From Centroscyllium fabricii (taxonomy: Eukaryota), in the NCBI GenBank assembly GCA_051313645.2, contig JBNRSN020000007.1, positions 272,428,001 to 272,492,000 on the forward strand: DNA of 64,000 bases. The letters are read 5' to 3'. Shown piece after piece: positions 47,893 to 60,049 of the stretch. Under the pieces are notes generated by a model. The model had not been told where the DNA came from. It saw nothing but the letters and a program-made list of their open reading frames with translations, and did not search any database. Position numbers and translations under genes: made by a program. The stretch's first letter is position 1, and each line of letters begins with the position of its first letter.

Positions 47893-48095
47893 CCAGAAAA
47901 CGCTGGAGAAACTCAGCAGGCCAGGCAGCACCGGTGGAGAGAGAAACAGAGTTAATGTTTCAGGTCGATGACCTTTCGTCAGAACTGGAGAAGCCGGGAG
48001 GGGGATAGATTTTAAAGCTTGTGGGGGCTGGGGAAAGGGTGGGGCTGAAAGAACAAAGGAAAGATCAGCAACAGGCTAGAAGGCGGAGAAGGTAA
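47893..48095 (-). mobile_element. Penelope family 2 3'-end fragment with hammerhead motif (47951-47985)
   Basis: Minus strand: gtt-CTGACGA-A-AGGTC-atc-GACCT-GAAA-CATT-aac; homologous to 37010-37150. Confidence 0.75.
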
Positions 48096-48614
48096 GAGAT
48101 ATTGAGATTATGTTATCGTATAGGTAGAGAACTGATGTGCTTCCAATTACTTTTCTTGTGTCCACCGAAGACTTGTACTTGTAACACAGCATCATTAACC
48201 ATCAGGATATGCTGGAATGTGCTTTTTTTTCTCCATTTGTAGAATTTGCAATCTATTTTTGAAACTCGTTCTTAAATTAGCTTTGGATTCTGATTTTTTT
48301 TGGGGGGTGAAATGCTTGATTATGGATTTGGATCTTGGCAATTTGCTTTTGGATGTGTAAAGAGTCACTGGCTATAACAAAGGACAGATCATTGGTTGGA
48401 TATATTACTTAAAAATTATGGAGAAATTGGAATCACTGAGACATCATTACCAACTAGATAACAATCCCTCTAATTAAAATGATTTGAGTGATTTGCCAGA
48501 TATCCTAACAAAATGAGATGGTCCAACCATGTACCAGCTTACCCCCCCCCCCCCCCCCAGTGAGAATTTCTAATCCAGATTGATGAACAAATTCCCTTGG
48601 ACCAGTTTCCAATA

Positions 48615-48905
48615 CAGGTCGAGCACCGTTAATCCGGAAACTTCAGTCGTCCGGAACGAATCCGGCCGACTGGTCTGCGCATGCGCAAAATGGCCACCGC
48701 GCTTGGTTGTGCATGCCCGGGCCTCCCCGAACGATTGATGCTTCAGCGAGCGCATGTGCAGACCATTGAAAATGGCCGCCGGCCTTCGTGCAGGCTATTT
48801 TGAATGGTCTGCGCATGCACTCGCCGAAGCTTCAATCGTTCGGATTTTTCACTATTCCGGCACCGGCCTGGTCCCGCCGGTTCCGGATTAACGGTGTCGG
48901 ACCTG
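48615..48905. mobile_element. Tc1/mariner-type MITE, short member of the 30214-30731 family (opposite orientation)
   Basis: Terminal inverted repeats caggtcgagcaccgttaatccgg / ccggattaacggtgtcggacctg, TA flanks; about one internal unit. Confidence 0.85.
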
Positions 48906-48948
48906 TACTGGCTTTGGGCTACTATGAATAATGTAGTTTAACTGCTAA

Positions 48949-49707
48949 AGGCCCTGTCACACCTTGACGTTTTAGCCAGCGTATGCAAATTTGGCTAAAA
49001 CGCTGAACTATCGATGTTTTTTTCAGTTTTGGGCGTATAATAGCGTATTCATAACGAGTTGGACGTATAACGTATTAGTAACGTACACAGAATGTTTCGA
49101 TAAGTTACAGATAACTTATACCAACGAATGCTTAGCGTGTTGTCGGCGTTCACAACTTATGCCCAACGATAGTCTAACGTATGCATAGCGCGCGGCAGCG
49201 TATCGCCGACGTTTTAGATAAATTTTGATACGTCGGCATACGCTAGCTAAATCGTCAAGGTGTGACGGCATGACAGGGGCGTAAGTTCTGTGGTCGTCCG
49301 GAAGACGTCAAATACGTCAATATGCGTTGGAGATACGTTACACATAGGTTCAAAGCACGTTACTCATAGGTTAGAAATAAGTTCCGGGTACGCTAGACAT
49401 TATCTCGACGTATTTTGACTTATGACTAACTTACAAGTAACGTGTGTCGACGTGTGTCAACGATCGTCTAACGTGCCTACAACGTATGGCCAGCGTATGC
49501 GGAACGTGTGAATCATACGCAAGGTACGTCGAGAAATTTTGTGCATGCTCAAAATTTCTCGACTTACTCGGAGTACAACGACGTATGCAACTTATGGCCA
49601 GCGTGCTCTTAACGTATGCAAAACGTACCCATAACGTATCCGACGTAACCCAGCGTTTTAGCCAAATTTGCATACGCTGGCTAAAACGTCAAGGTGTGAC
49701 AGGGCCA
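48949..49707. mobile_element. PIF/Harbinger-type MITE, CpG-rich
   Basis: ~56 bp terminal inverted repeats (ggccctgtcacaccttgacgttttagccagcgtatgcaaatttggctaaaacgctg); TAA at 48946-48948 and 49708-49710. Confidence 0.88.
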
Positions 49708-50039
49708 TAAGCTGCTGATTAGTTCTTCCAAGATGTCTAGCACAACAGTAAGAAACCAGACTTCAATTCTACTTGGTGGTTATTTGCCACGGGTACAGTA
49801 AATCATTGAAATGATGCTTATAGCCCAATGCCATTGTGACATAGGCTTGCAAAAATCTTCACTTCAGTGTTGTTTCTTCAGCATGCTGCACTTTTTTTAA
49901 ACTGAGCATAGCAATGCATGATGTTTTCTTAACTTGTCTTCCTGCTCGTAGGAGTATTGTAGAAACACACAACCTAATTTTAAAAGGTTAATTCAAACAC
50001 CAAGAAAGACAGTAAGCAAAATACAGATAAATTCATTGT

Positions 50040-51490
50040 TTTAATAAAGGAGTTAATTCTCTTTCAATCCTATATAAAACAATAGTAATTAAAAACTTCC
50101 TTTTTTTGAAAGTAAAATATTTACATATTAACAAGTAACTGTGCAAAATTTACATGAAAAATGGAAAGACAGGATTTGTAAAAGACCAAGGGTGTAACAG
50201 TTTTCAGGCATTGGTAAAAATACTGATTAGTTTTCAGTTTACACACAGAACTCATCAGCTTAATAGCATCTTAAATGTTTCTTTTAACAACATAACATTA
50301 CACACAAAGAAAGCAAAAGTATTTACAATCATAATGTCCTATCGATAGACAATCATTTAATACAATAACCTCTGAAAATATAAAGAAAAATTTAGTATTT
50401 TTTTTATAAAAAAATAGATACAAAGAAGGGACATTGCTCTGGTTACCATTAAGTAGGCCCATAGCTTGCATACAGTCTTTTTACCAAAATAATTACGGTT
50501 TACATAGCAATTTATGTTATGTGCCAAAATTATGTACAAATTATTAGCTCACTGATAGACACCAGCAAATTGTTTTCTACACGTGATTCATACCAAGTAA
50601 CAATCCTTTCACAATTCACCATTTCTTAGATTTTTTTTAAACTAAAGTTTTACATTAGCTAGATAGCCAACACAGTGCAAGTAATGTATATTTATGCAGA
50701 AAAGTTATCTTTTTTAAATCCTTTACGGCATCATGTACTGTATCAAATAAAAAAGCATTTTTTTCTTTTTACAAATGCCCTACAACATTCACAAAAAAAC
50801 CCTTCTTAAAGCCTTCCAAGGAAAGCCTCTGACATGCAAATCACATGGTGAGAACGGCAGAGTTACCACTGAACCAACTCTCCTAACTCTTCACAAACCA
50901 TACATTTACAAAGGCTAAATCGAGGAAAAGAAATCCAGCAAAGGAACGGAAATAATGAAAAATAGATAAAAATACAAGAATGAAAATGTTTTTTTTGCTC
51001 CATGCCCTTGACGGTAAAATAATGCAAGGTCGTTAGCTTCAGACCCATATAATTCGAAGTCTTCTAAGCCAAATGATTCAAAAACAGAATACTTAAATGT
51101 TTCAAGTTGCTACTAATCTGCCAAAAAGGTGGCAAATTATACACTGGTGAAATCAGAATCAGTTTTTAAATATGGCTTGTTTGGCAAGAAGGCCACTCAG
51201 TCAGGAGACGAGAAGTGATCAGATTTTTTATTTTATAAATAAAGGATCCACAGGTCTCGCTGTATTCATTTTTTTCTAACTAAAATTCAAAACTTTAAAA
51301 CCATAAGAGTTAATGTAAAGCTGAACGTTAAAACATTCTCCCACTCGTGGAATTCCAGCTGTTCTCCATGTCTACAACTCTTTCCTTCCCTTCCCCACCC
51401 CACCCCTTCTCAACAAAAAAAAAATGCAAAGAAAAAGAAATGGCAGAAGGTTGTCTCGGTCATAAAACTAAACAAATCAACCCAGGACGT
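50040..51490 (-). other. TAF4: Probable TAF4 3' UTR ending near ATTAAA (minus strand 50045-50040)
   Basis: Repeat-free 1.45 kb after the stop, U-rich on the minus strand; the 3' end is inferred. Confidence 0.55.
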
Positions 51491-51655
51491 TTATTTAAGG
51501 AATGCACGGTATAGCATTAGTGAATGGCTTGTCTCGCGCTCATTCTCCAAGCAGAAGATAAGGTCCCTGAGGTTGACTCTTGTTATTCGTTGCCGTGTGA
51601 ACTGTCTCGTCGTTCCAGCTCCAGAGCCACCTGGTGACCCGCCCGCACTGGGTCC
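51491..51655 (-). CDS. TAF4: TAF4 last coding exon (GPSAGGSPGGSGAGTTRQFTRQRITRVNLRDLIFCLENERETSHSLMLYRAFLK*)
   Basis: ctttag acceptor on minus, 165 bp; near-identical to the conserved TAF4 C-terminus. Missed by the ORF track. Confidence 0.96.
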   Translation of the reverse strand, partial: GPSAGGSPGGSGAGTTRQFTRQRITRVNLRDLIFCLENERETSHSLMLYRAFLK

Positions 51656-51694
51656 CTAAAGCGGAGAAAAACAACAGATATAATGTAAAACCAG

Positions 51695-52492
51695 AATATA
51701 ATGTGGAGAAATGTGAACTTATCCACTTTGGTAGGACAAATAGAAAAGCAGAGTATTTTTTAAATGGTTGAGAGATTGGGAAATGTTGGTGTTCAAAGGG
51801 ACCTTGTACATGAATCACTGAAAGTTAACCTGCAGGTACAGCAAGCAATTAGGAAAGCAAATGGCATGTTGGCCTTTATTATAAGAGGATTTGAGAATAA
51901 GAGTAAAGATGTCTTACTGCAATTATATAGGGCCCTGGTGAGACCGCACCTGGAGTATTGTGTAGAGTTTTGGTCGTCTTACCTATATACTTGCCAGAGA
52001 GGGAGTGCAACGAAGGTTCACCAGACTGGTTCCAGGGATGCGGGGGGGGGGGGGGGGATTGACCCATAAGGACAGTTTGAGTAGACTAGGCCTATATTCC
52101 CTGGAGTTTAGAAGAATGAGAGGTGATCTCATTGAAACATACAAAATTCTTACAGGGCTTGACAGGGTAGATGCAGGGAGGATGTTTCCCCTGGCTGGGG
52201 AGTCTAGAACCAGGGGTCACAGTCTCAGAATAAGGGGTCGGCCATTTAGGACTGAGATGAGGAGAAACTTCTTCTGGTGAATCTGTGGAATTCTCTACCC
52301 CAGAGGGCTGTGGAGGCTCAGTCGTTGAGTATATTCAAGACAGAAATCGATAGATTTTTGAATATTAAGGAATCAAGGGATATGGGGATAGTTCAGGAAA
52401 GTGGAGATGAGGTAGAAGATCAGCCATGATCTTATTGAATGGCCAAAGGCTCAAATGGCCTACTCCTGTTCCTATTTTTTATGTTCTTATGT
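51695..52492 (+). mobile_element. CR1 LINE 3' part
   Basis: ORFs 51764-52069 and 52005-52280; tail ttatgttcttatgt. Confidence 0.9.
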
Positions 52493-52837
52493 AACAGATA
52501 ACGTATTGCATTCCATTGTAAACTCAAAGATTTGATAGAAGCAGCAGTAAGTCATGTCAGGGACTGAAATGCAACAATTCAAATTCCGGCAACTTTTTGT
52601 CAGACTGGACAATCTGGAATTTGCTTTGCGAGATACTTTACTTCATTACTGCCAATATAATAACTGCCTGAACTCTACAAGTAGCTTGGAATAATAAAAT
52701 ATCTATGTTGTGCTAACTGTGTGGACTTGTTTGATGAACAAATGCGAAATGAAGACTTTTGTTCCATGAAGCCCCTGCTTTATTTTTAATTTTCTTTCCC
52801 GTGTGAAAAGTGTACATTAAAGATTGTAAGTACATAA

Positions 52838-53036
52838 CTCAGTGGGTGGATGTCATCCATTGTGGCGGTACTGAGTTAGACCAGAAAGGTTCCAGTTTAA
52901 TCCAAGACCGCTGTTGGTCTCAGCTGGTGTGGAAGTGGAGGTACCAACACTGACCCCAATATTCCCAGGCTAAGGAGTGGGGGAAAAAAAGCAGCCCAAG
53001 TTCCTGCTCTTAATCTGCATCCAATGACCCCTGCAG
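52838..53036 (+). mobile_element. Old tRNA-headed SINE relic
   Basis: Degenerate A/B boxes (ctcagtgggt...gtttaatcc) and a SINE-like body; family not assigned. Confidence 0.4.
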
Positions 53037-53057
53037 CTTTTGTATATTTAGGTGTTC

Positions 53058-53250
53058 CATAAGAATTAGGAACAGAAGTCAGTCATACGGCCCCTCGAAA
53101 CTGCTCCCTCATTCAATAAGATCATGGCTGATCTTCGACTTTAACTCCACTTTTCCGCTCGATCCCCATATTCCTAGAGTCCAAAAATCTATCTATTTAA
53201 GCCTTGAATATACTCTATGACTCAGCGTCCACAGCCCTTTGGAGGGGGGT
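53058..53250 (-). mobile_element. CR1 LINE 3' tail fragment
   Basis: cataagaattaggaacagaag...attcaataagatcatggctgatct. Confidence 0.7.
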
Positions 53251-53489
53251 AGAGAAAATACCCCATACAAAATACTAGTGAAACATTAGAAAATAAAATC
53301 ACCATGTGAACTGGATATTATTTTTTGGTTTGAACTGTCCGTTCTAGGGAAGGGAATTTTTCCAGGAACAGCATCAAGCTTTTCTAGAACAAATATCCAA
53401 CGGGCCAAATGCAAGGTAGAGCTCCCTTGATTCTGTTCCAACAATGTACCTTAACTTCAAAAGAACAGGGCCTACACACCCGTGTGACA

Positions 53490-53700
53490 TTTCCTGTTCC
53501 ATACCATTTGTTATTGTGGCCTCTGAGTGACCCTCTACCATATTGCCAGTTAATGCAGAATTATATTCAGCTGTGGTCTCATGCTCTGACAACTGGATTG
53601 AGATTACTCAAACTCATTGGGAACCATGAAACAGAGACTGTCCCAGAATCGCCCAGGGTGGATTCCAACCCAGATGTAAAGGGACTGTGTTCTTAAGCTC
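53490..53700 (-). mobile_element. LF-SINE-like relic
   Basis: Minus-strand blocks gttggaatcc, aatgagtttgagtaatctcaatccagtt, gcattaactggca, cagaggcca, aatggtatgga, in the order I recall for the LF-SINE consensus. Confidence 0.5.
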
Positions 53701-55084
53701 TCTGTATAGAAGACCAACTTTGTACATCAATATCACTTTATACTACTGTAATGTGACCTGTGATTTATACTGAAGATTTCACCGGATCAGCACTGAACCC
53801 TCCCCACCCCCGTAAATAGCGAAGTGTGTATACACAATTAGAATGTTCATTTATATTGGGTAAATGCCTTTGTATCAACAAACTTCATGGCTTATTTAAC
53901 AGTTAGTAGTAGATAAAGTGTCTAAAGTGGAACAGCATTCACCTTTCTCCAAGGAGTTTGGGTTACTGGGCTGAAATGGTGAGCTTCAGGAATAAAATAG
54001 TCGAGGTACATTATGCTATTTGATTTCTTTCTTTATTCAAACCAATTTTCTCCATCACAATCTGTTTGTATCAGATTCTAGCTTTACACGCTTCTGTAGT
54101 ACAGGACATTCTTCCAAAATGGTTCTGTGAAAATTGGGCTTGGGTTTCCTTGTATGTAATCCAAGTGTGGTCATAACAAGATTTTAAAGAGGCACTGTCT
54201 TCATTGAAAACTGCTTCACAAACCGGGTTGACAAACCCTGCAATTAGTTGATGCAAATTCACCTTAAAATAAGCATTGCTCGACCACAAGAACACCAGTG
54301 GGTGGGTGATAATATAAGACATGCAGCTGCTAGCCATGCCTACAATAATAGGCAATGCTTCTTTAAGTAACATTCCCCCAGGTGACTGCAACTGATTGGA
54401 TAATTGACCTTAGGGAGGTTAACAAGATGTGGTCTGGTCTGTGTAGTGCTATGTAAAAAAAAAAAACCACGATCCTGGTTAGACCTACGGGGTAAAAACC
54501 CCACCTTGTATAATAAGGAAACTCATTCCTTTAAGGTAAGTCTTGTTCTGGGAGGTCAACACTGGGGATAACATGAGGCTGACGCTTGCAGAGTACAGCA
54601 GAGGAATGACTCCCTGAAAGGATTTGAATATCCATCCCCCTTTTCCCTTCAATTCATCAATGAGAATAGCTAAGTAAGACATGTGACTTTTTGCTGGCCA
54701 ATCTAATGCTGATGTTTGTAACTGATAAATACATGAATGGAAAGCAGTGCTTATACTTCACTAGATGAGGAGGTGGCTGGGTCACTTGCTTTCAAGCCCA
54801 AATCGTAAGGTTGAGATCAGAAACTATGGGAGTAAGCCTGCATCCTATGTTATTGTGACGCTCACCAATATACCAAGGTACTATAACCACTGAATCACCA
54901 TATTGTGTACTTTCTTTTGTCAATTTTATGTTCACAGTAATGTTTTGGTGCTGTAGATTGAAATATTTTTTGTCTTCTGTTCAGTTATAGGATGGGTTAG
55001 ATTTACTCCTCAGTATTAACCCTAAACTTACAACGGTGACACTTCCATTTCCCAAAACCACCTCTGCCCCCCCACTTTTAAAAC

Positions 55085-57210
55085 TTTGTTCATGGGATGT
55101 GGGCGTCGCTGGCAAGGCCAGCATTTTTATTGCCCATCCCTAATTGTCCTCAAAGGTGGTGGTGAGCCGCCGCCTTGAACCGCTGCAGTCCGTGTGGTGA
55201 AGGTACTCCCACAGTGCTGTTAGGGAGGAAGTTCCAGGATTTTGACCCAGCGATGATGAAGGAACGACAATATATTTCCAAGTCAGGATGGTGTGTGACT
55301 TGGAGGGGAACTTGCAGGTGGTCTTGCTCCCATGTGCCTGCTGCCCTTGTTCTTCTAGGTGGTAGAGGTCGCGGGTTTGGGAGGTGCTGCCGAAGGAACC
55401 TTGGCGAGTTGCTGCAGTGCATCTTGTAGATGGTACACGCTGCAGCCACAGTGCGCCGGTGGTGGAGGGAGTGAATGTTTAAGGTGCTGGATGGGGTGCC
55501 AATCAAGCTGTCTGCTTTGTCCTGGATGGTGTCGAGCTTCTTAAGTGTTGTTGGAGCTGCACTCATCCAGGCAAGTGGAGAGTATTCCATCACACTCCTG
55601 ACTTGTGCCTTGTAGATGGTGGAAAGGCTTTGGGGAGTCAGGAGGTGAGACATTCTCCGCAGAATACCCAGCCTCTGACCTGCTCTTGTTGCCGCAGTAT
55701 TTATGTGGCTGGTCCAGTTAAGTTTCTGTTCAATGGTGACCCCCAGGATGTTGACCGTGGGGGATTTGGCAATGGTAATGCCATTGAATGTCAGGTGGTT
55801 AGACTCTCGCTTGTTGGAGATAGTCATTGTCTGGCACTTCTGTGGTGTGAATGTTATCTGCCACTTATCAGCCCAAGCCTGAATGTCGTCCAGTTCTTGT
55901 TGCACACGGGCATAGACTGCTTCATTGTCTGAGGAGTTACGAATGGTACTGCACACTGTGCAGTCATCAGCGAACATCCCCATTTTTGACCTTTTTTATA
56001 TAGGAGGGAAAGTCATTGATGAAGCAGCTTCAGATGGTTGGGCCTGGGACACTGCCCTGAGCAACTCCAGCAGCGATGTCCTGGGGCTGTGTTGATTGAC
56101 CACCAACCACCACAACCACCCTCCTTTGTGCTAGGTATGACTCCAGCCAGTAGAGTCCCCCCCCCCCCCCCCAATTCACATTGACTTCAGTTTTACTAGG
56201 ACTCCTTCATGCCACACTCGATCAAATGCTGCCTTGATGTCAAGGGCAGTCACTCTCACCTCACCTCTGGAATTCAGCTCCTTTGTCCATGTTTGGACCA
56301 AAGCTGTAATGAGGTCTGGAGCCGAATGGTCCTCGCGGAACCCAAACTGGGCATCAGTGAGCAGGTTATTAGTGAGTAAGTGCTGCTTGATAGCACTGTC
56401 GATGACCCCTTCCGTCACTTTGCTGATGATTGAGAGTAGACTGATGGGATGGTAATTGGCCAGATTGGATTTGTCCTGCTTTTTGTGGACAGGACATACC
56501 TGGGCAGTTTTCCACATTGTCGGATAGATGCCAGTGTTGCAGCTGTACTGGAACAGCGTGCCTCGAGGCGCGGCTAGTTCTGGAGCACAAGTCTTCAGCA
56601 CGACAGCCGGGATGTTGTCAGGGCCCAATGGCTTTGCTGTATCCAGTGCGCTCAGCTGTTTCTCAATCACGTGGAGTGAATCGAATTAGCTGAAGACTGG
56701 CTTCTGTGATGGTGGGGACCTCAGGAGGAGGCCGATGTGGATCATCCACTCAACATTTCTGGCTGAAGATGGTTGCAAATGCTTCAGCCTGGTCTTTTGC
56801 ACTCGCATGCTGGGTTCTACCATCATTGCGGATGGGGATATTCATGGAGCCTTCTCCTCCCGTTAGTTGTTTAATGGTCACATTCACGACTGGATGTGGC
56901 AGGACTGCAGAGCTTTGATCTGATCCGTTGATTGTGGGATCGCTTAGCCCTGTCTAGCATGCTCCTTTCACTTTTTAGCATGCATGTAGTCCTGTGTTGC
57001 AGCTTCCCCAGGTTGGCGCTGCATTTTTAGGTACGCCTGGTGCTGCTCCTGGCATGCTCTTCTACACTCCTTATTGAACCAGGGTTGAGCCTCTGGCTTG
57101 ATGGTAATGGTGGAGTGTGGGATATGCCGGGCCATGAGGTTACAGATTGTGGTAGAATCCAATTCTGTTGATGGCCCACAGCGCCTCATGGATGCCCAGT
57201 TTTGAGCTTT
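55085..57210 (-). mobile_element. CR1-group (Zenon-like) LINE, 2.1 kb
   Basis: ORFs 57231-56968, 56670-56176 (GPDNIP, YHPISLL, QFGFR, ALDIKAAFD) and 55983-55150 (FADD). Confidence 0.92.
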
Positions 57211-57479
57211 GAAGCTGTGGACTTGTACCATGTGGACAGTTTCAATACAAAACAGTATTTGTGTTTTTTATAATAATGATACACTGAATGAAACCATATA
57301 CTATTTAAAAAGCCAAGTAAATTACGATTTACATAGTATCAGTTATATTAGAACAGCTGTGTTGCCTAGTGTGTGTGTGTGTTAGTGTGATATTACTTAG
57401 CCCGAGTACTGCTTGCACACTTCCCTGTAGTACTGTCGGGAAGTTGTTGGACTTTCCATCCATCTCTGAGGAAAACTTG

Positions 57480-58650
57480 AAATTGTTAGATGTCCCAGTA
57501 ACTGAGGTCCAAAAGGCTGGCACAGGCCTGCAGTACAGCATGGCTCCAGGGCCAAAGGAATTTCCTCCTGATTTCTACAAAGCTCTACTTCCTGAACGAA
57601 GCCTTATTCTGGTGAAGCTCTTCTGCCACATACTGGTGATGGATACACTTGCAGAATGTATAAAATCAGATCCAGTCACTCTCCTACATAAAAGGAGCAA
57701 GGATGCAAATGCCTGTGTCTTCTACAGGTCAATATTCCTCCCCAAATGTGATTGTAAAATACTAACAAGTTCTGGATTTGGTTGCCCCTTGGCCCATCCA
57801 AACCAAACTGGATTCATGCAAGGATGCGTCCTGACTGACCAAGTTTACACTGTTGTAATCACTGAATTTTCAATCCAGGAGAATAGAGCGGTCTACACCC
57901 CGCGTACGAGTGGACGGCCTTTGGAAACATGTTCAGAAACTGAATCCAAATCCTTTGCCTCTACTCATCTTTAATGAGAACAAGTGGCAACATGTTGCCA
58001 GCATTCCCTCCAATGAGGGACTAGGCAGGGTTGTCCCTATCTTCCTTCCTTTGGCCTGTCTGCAGAAACCCTAGCTGTGGCATCCGAGGACCTTGAGGAG
58101 CTGGCAGAGTGGCATGCAAAGTATACTTTAGTGGATGATGTCCTGCTGTATGTCACCAATCCCAGCATCTTTCTTTTCCCCATCCCCTTTCAGACCATCA
58201 AAAAATTCTGGCAACGCTCAAGCTACAAGCTTCACTTATTCTAAAATGGAGGGCATAGCCATTCCCCAGACTAAATTGGGCATGTTAAAGAAGCACTACT
58301 ATTGGGCAATACAATTCCTGGGTCTCATTGGCTGGAACATAGATTCATTACTCCCTCCTCTCCAAAAACTGCTGACTCCGCACAAAGACAATTGCTGCCC
58401 TGCCCATCACAAAAGACCAGCAGAGGGCTGGGAACGCCCAACAGAATCCCTCCTTTGCCTGCGTACACGCCAACCTGAATGGGTGAAATTGACCGCTCAT
58501 CCTGCTGCTAGGGATAGCAAGCACTATAAAGGCGAATGAGATCCCCCACTTCCTTTGTGTTCCAGATGCTGTCCATTTGCACATCCTGGTACAGGAGCCT
58601 GACGAGTACTGTTCCAGAATATCCATGAGATGATTATTCCAACTCGCCAA
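57480..58650 (+). mobile_element. Highly degenerate L1-clade ORF2 relic
   Basis: APGPxxFPPDFYK, YRSIxL...DCKIL, HPNQTGF, GTRQGCP (~58018), DDVLLY (~58133), HYYWA. Confidence 0.7.
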
Positions 58651-58779
58651 GAAAAGGCTATCTCATTTCAAGCACGATTGCCGGGCTGCCCAATCCCAGA
58701 ATAACACTGCCTAGAACAAGGACTCTGCTACTCCCCCCCTCCCCCTACCCTGCAAAAATATCTGCTTGGCACAGAGAAA

Positions 58780-59529
58780 ATAGATTGGGAGAAGGGGAAG
58801 TGCAACGAGACCTGGGTGTCCTTGTGCATCAGTCACTGAAGGTGAGCATGCAGGTGCAGCAGGCGGTTAAGAAGTCAAATGCTATGTTGGCCTTCATAGC
58901 AAAAGGGTTCGAGTACCGGAGCAAGGATGTCCTGCTGCAGTTGTACAGGATCTTGGTGAGACCACACCTTGAGTATTATGTGCAGTTTTGGTCTCCTTAT
59001 CTGAGGAAGGATGTTCTTGCCATGGAGGGAGTGCAGAGAAGATCCACCAGGCTGATACCTGGGATGGCAGGAATGACGTATGAGGAGAGACTGGGTCGAC
59101 TGGGTTTGTACTCTCTGGAGTTTAGAAGATTTGAGAGGGGATCTCATCGAAATGTATAAAATTCTAACTGGTCTGGACAAACTTGATGCAGGAAGAATGT
59201 TCCTGATGATCGGAGAGTCCAGAACCAGGGGTCATAGTCTAAGGATAAGGGGTAACTCATTTAGGACAGAGATGAGGAGGAATTTCTTCACTCAGAGAGT
59301 GGTGAACCTGTGGAATTCTCTGCCACAGAGGGCGGTCGGTGGAGGCTAGTTCATTGAATATATTCAAGAAGGAGCTGGATGTATTTCTTCAGGCTAGAGG
59401 GATCAAGGGATACGGGGACAAGGCAGAGACAGGGTACTGAGTTTGGATGATCAGCCATGATCTCATTGAATGGCGGAGCAGGCTCGAGGGTCCAAATGGC
59501 CCACTCCTCCTATCTACTATGTTTCTATG
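58780..59529 (+). mobile_element. CR1 LINE 3' part
   Basis: ORFs 58785-59159 and 59080-59349; tail ctatgtttctatg. Confidence 0.9.
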
Positions 59530-59858
59530 AAAACTGCTGCCCTACCAGCTCCATTGCACAGTCTTCCCTTGGCAAAAAAGATCAGCTGGCAATACCTGGC
59601 AGTGTCCCTCATCTTGGCAACGTGGAAGGAAGCCTGCGTTATACTGAAGGCACCACCGGGACAGCAGCGTTCTCCCAGAGGATTTTTATGCCAGTGGCTT
59701 AAAAGCATAGCATCAAGGTATTGCTGGAATGGACCAGTTGTTTTATCAGTACCAAATCATATCCTTCCAGTGGACTTTTACGTTTAGGTGTTGTATGTGT
59801 GTATAAAAAAATTAAAATTCCTTGGGGTTATTGTTTCAGCAGCTGCATGTATCATTGT

Positions 59859-60049
59859 CAAGCCAAGCGCAGGCAGCGCAAGATGTGCACGTCAACCCAA
59901 GCACCCCACCCACCCGCCCCTTCAACCACCGTCTGCCTCACCTGTGACAGAGACTGAAGGTCCCTCATTGGACTCATCAGTCACCCGAGAACTTATTTTT
60001 AATGTGGAAGCAAGTCATCCTTGGTTCCGAGGGACAGCCGGAGAAGAAG
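59859..60049 (+). mobile_element. RTE-clade LINE 3' fragment
   Basis: Homologous to 32578-32768. Confidence 0.8.

Noticed and set aside
57369-57974. 201-aa ORF as a nested gene in the TAF4 intron
   Set aside because: Its motifs are decayed L1 ORF2 reverse transcriptase, and the continuation is frameshifted.
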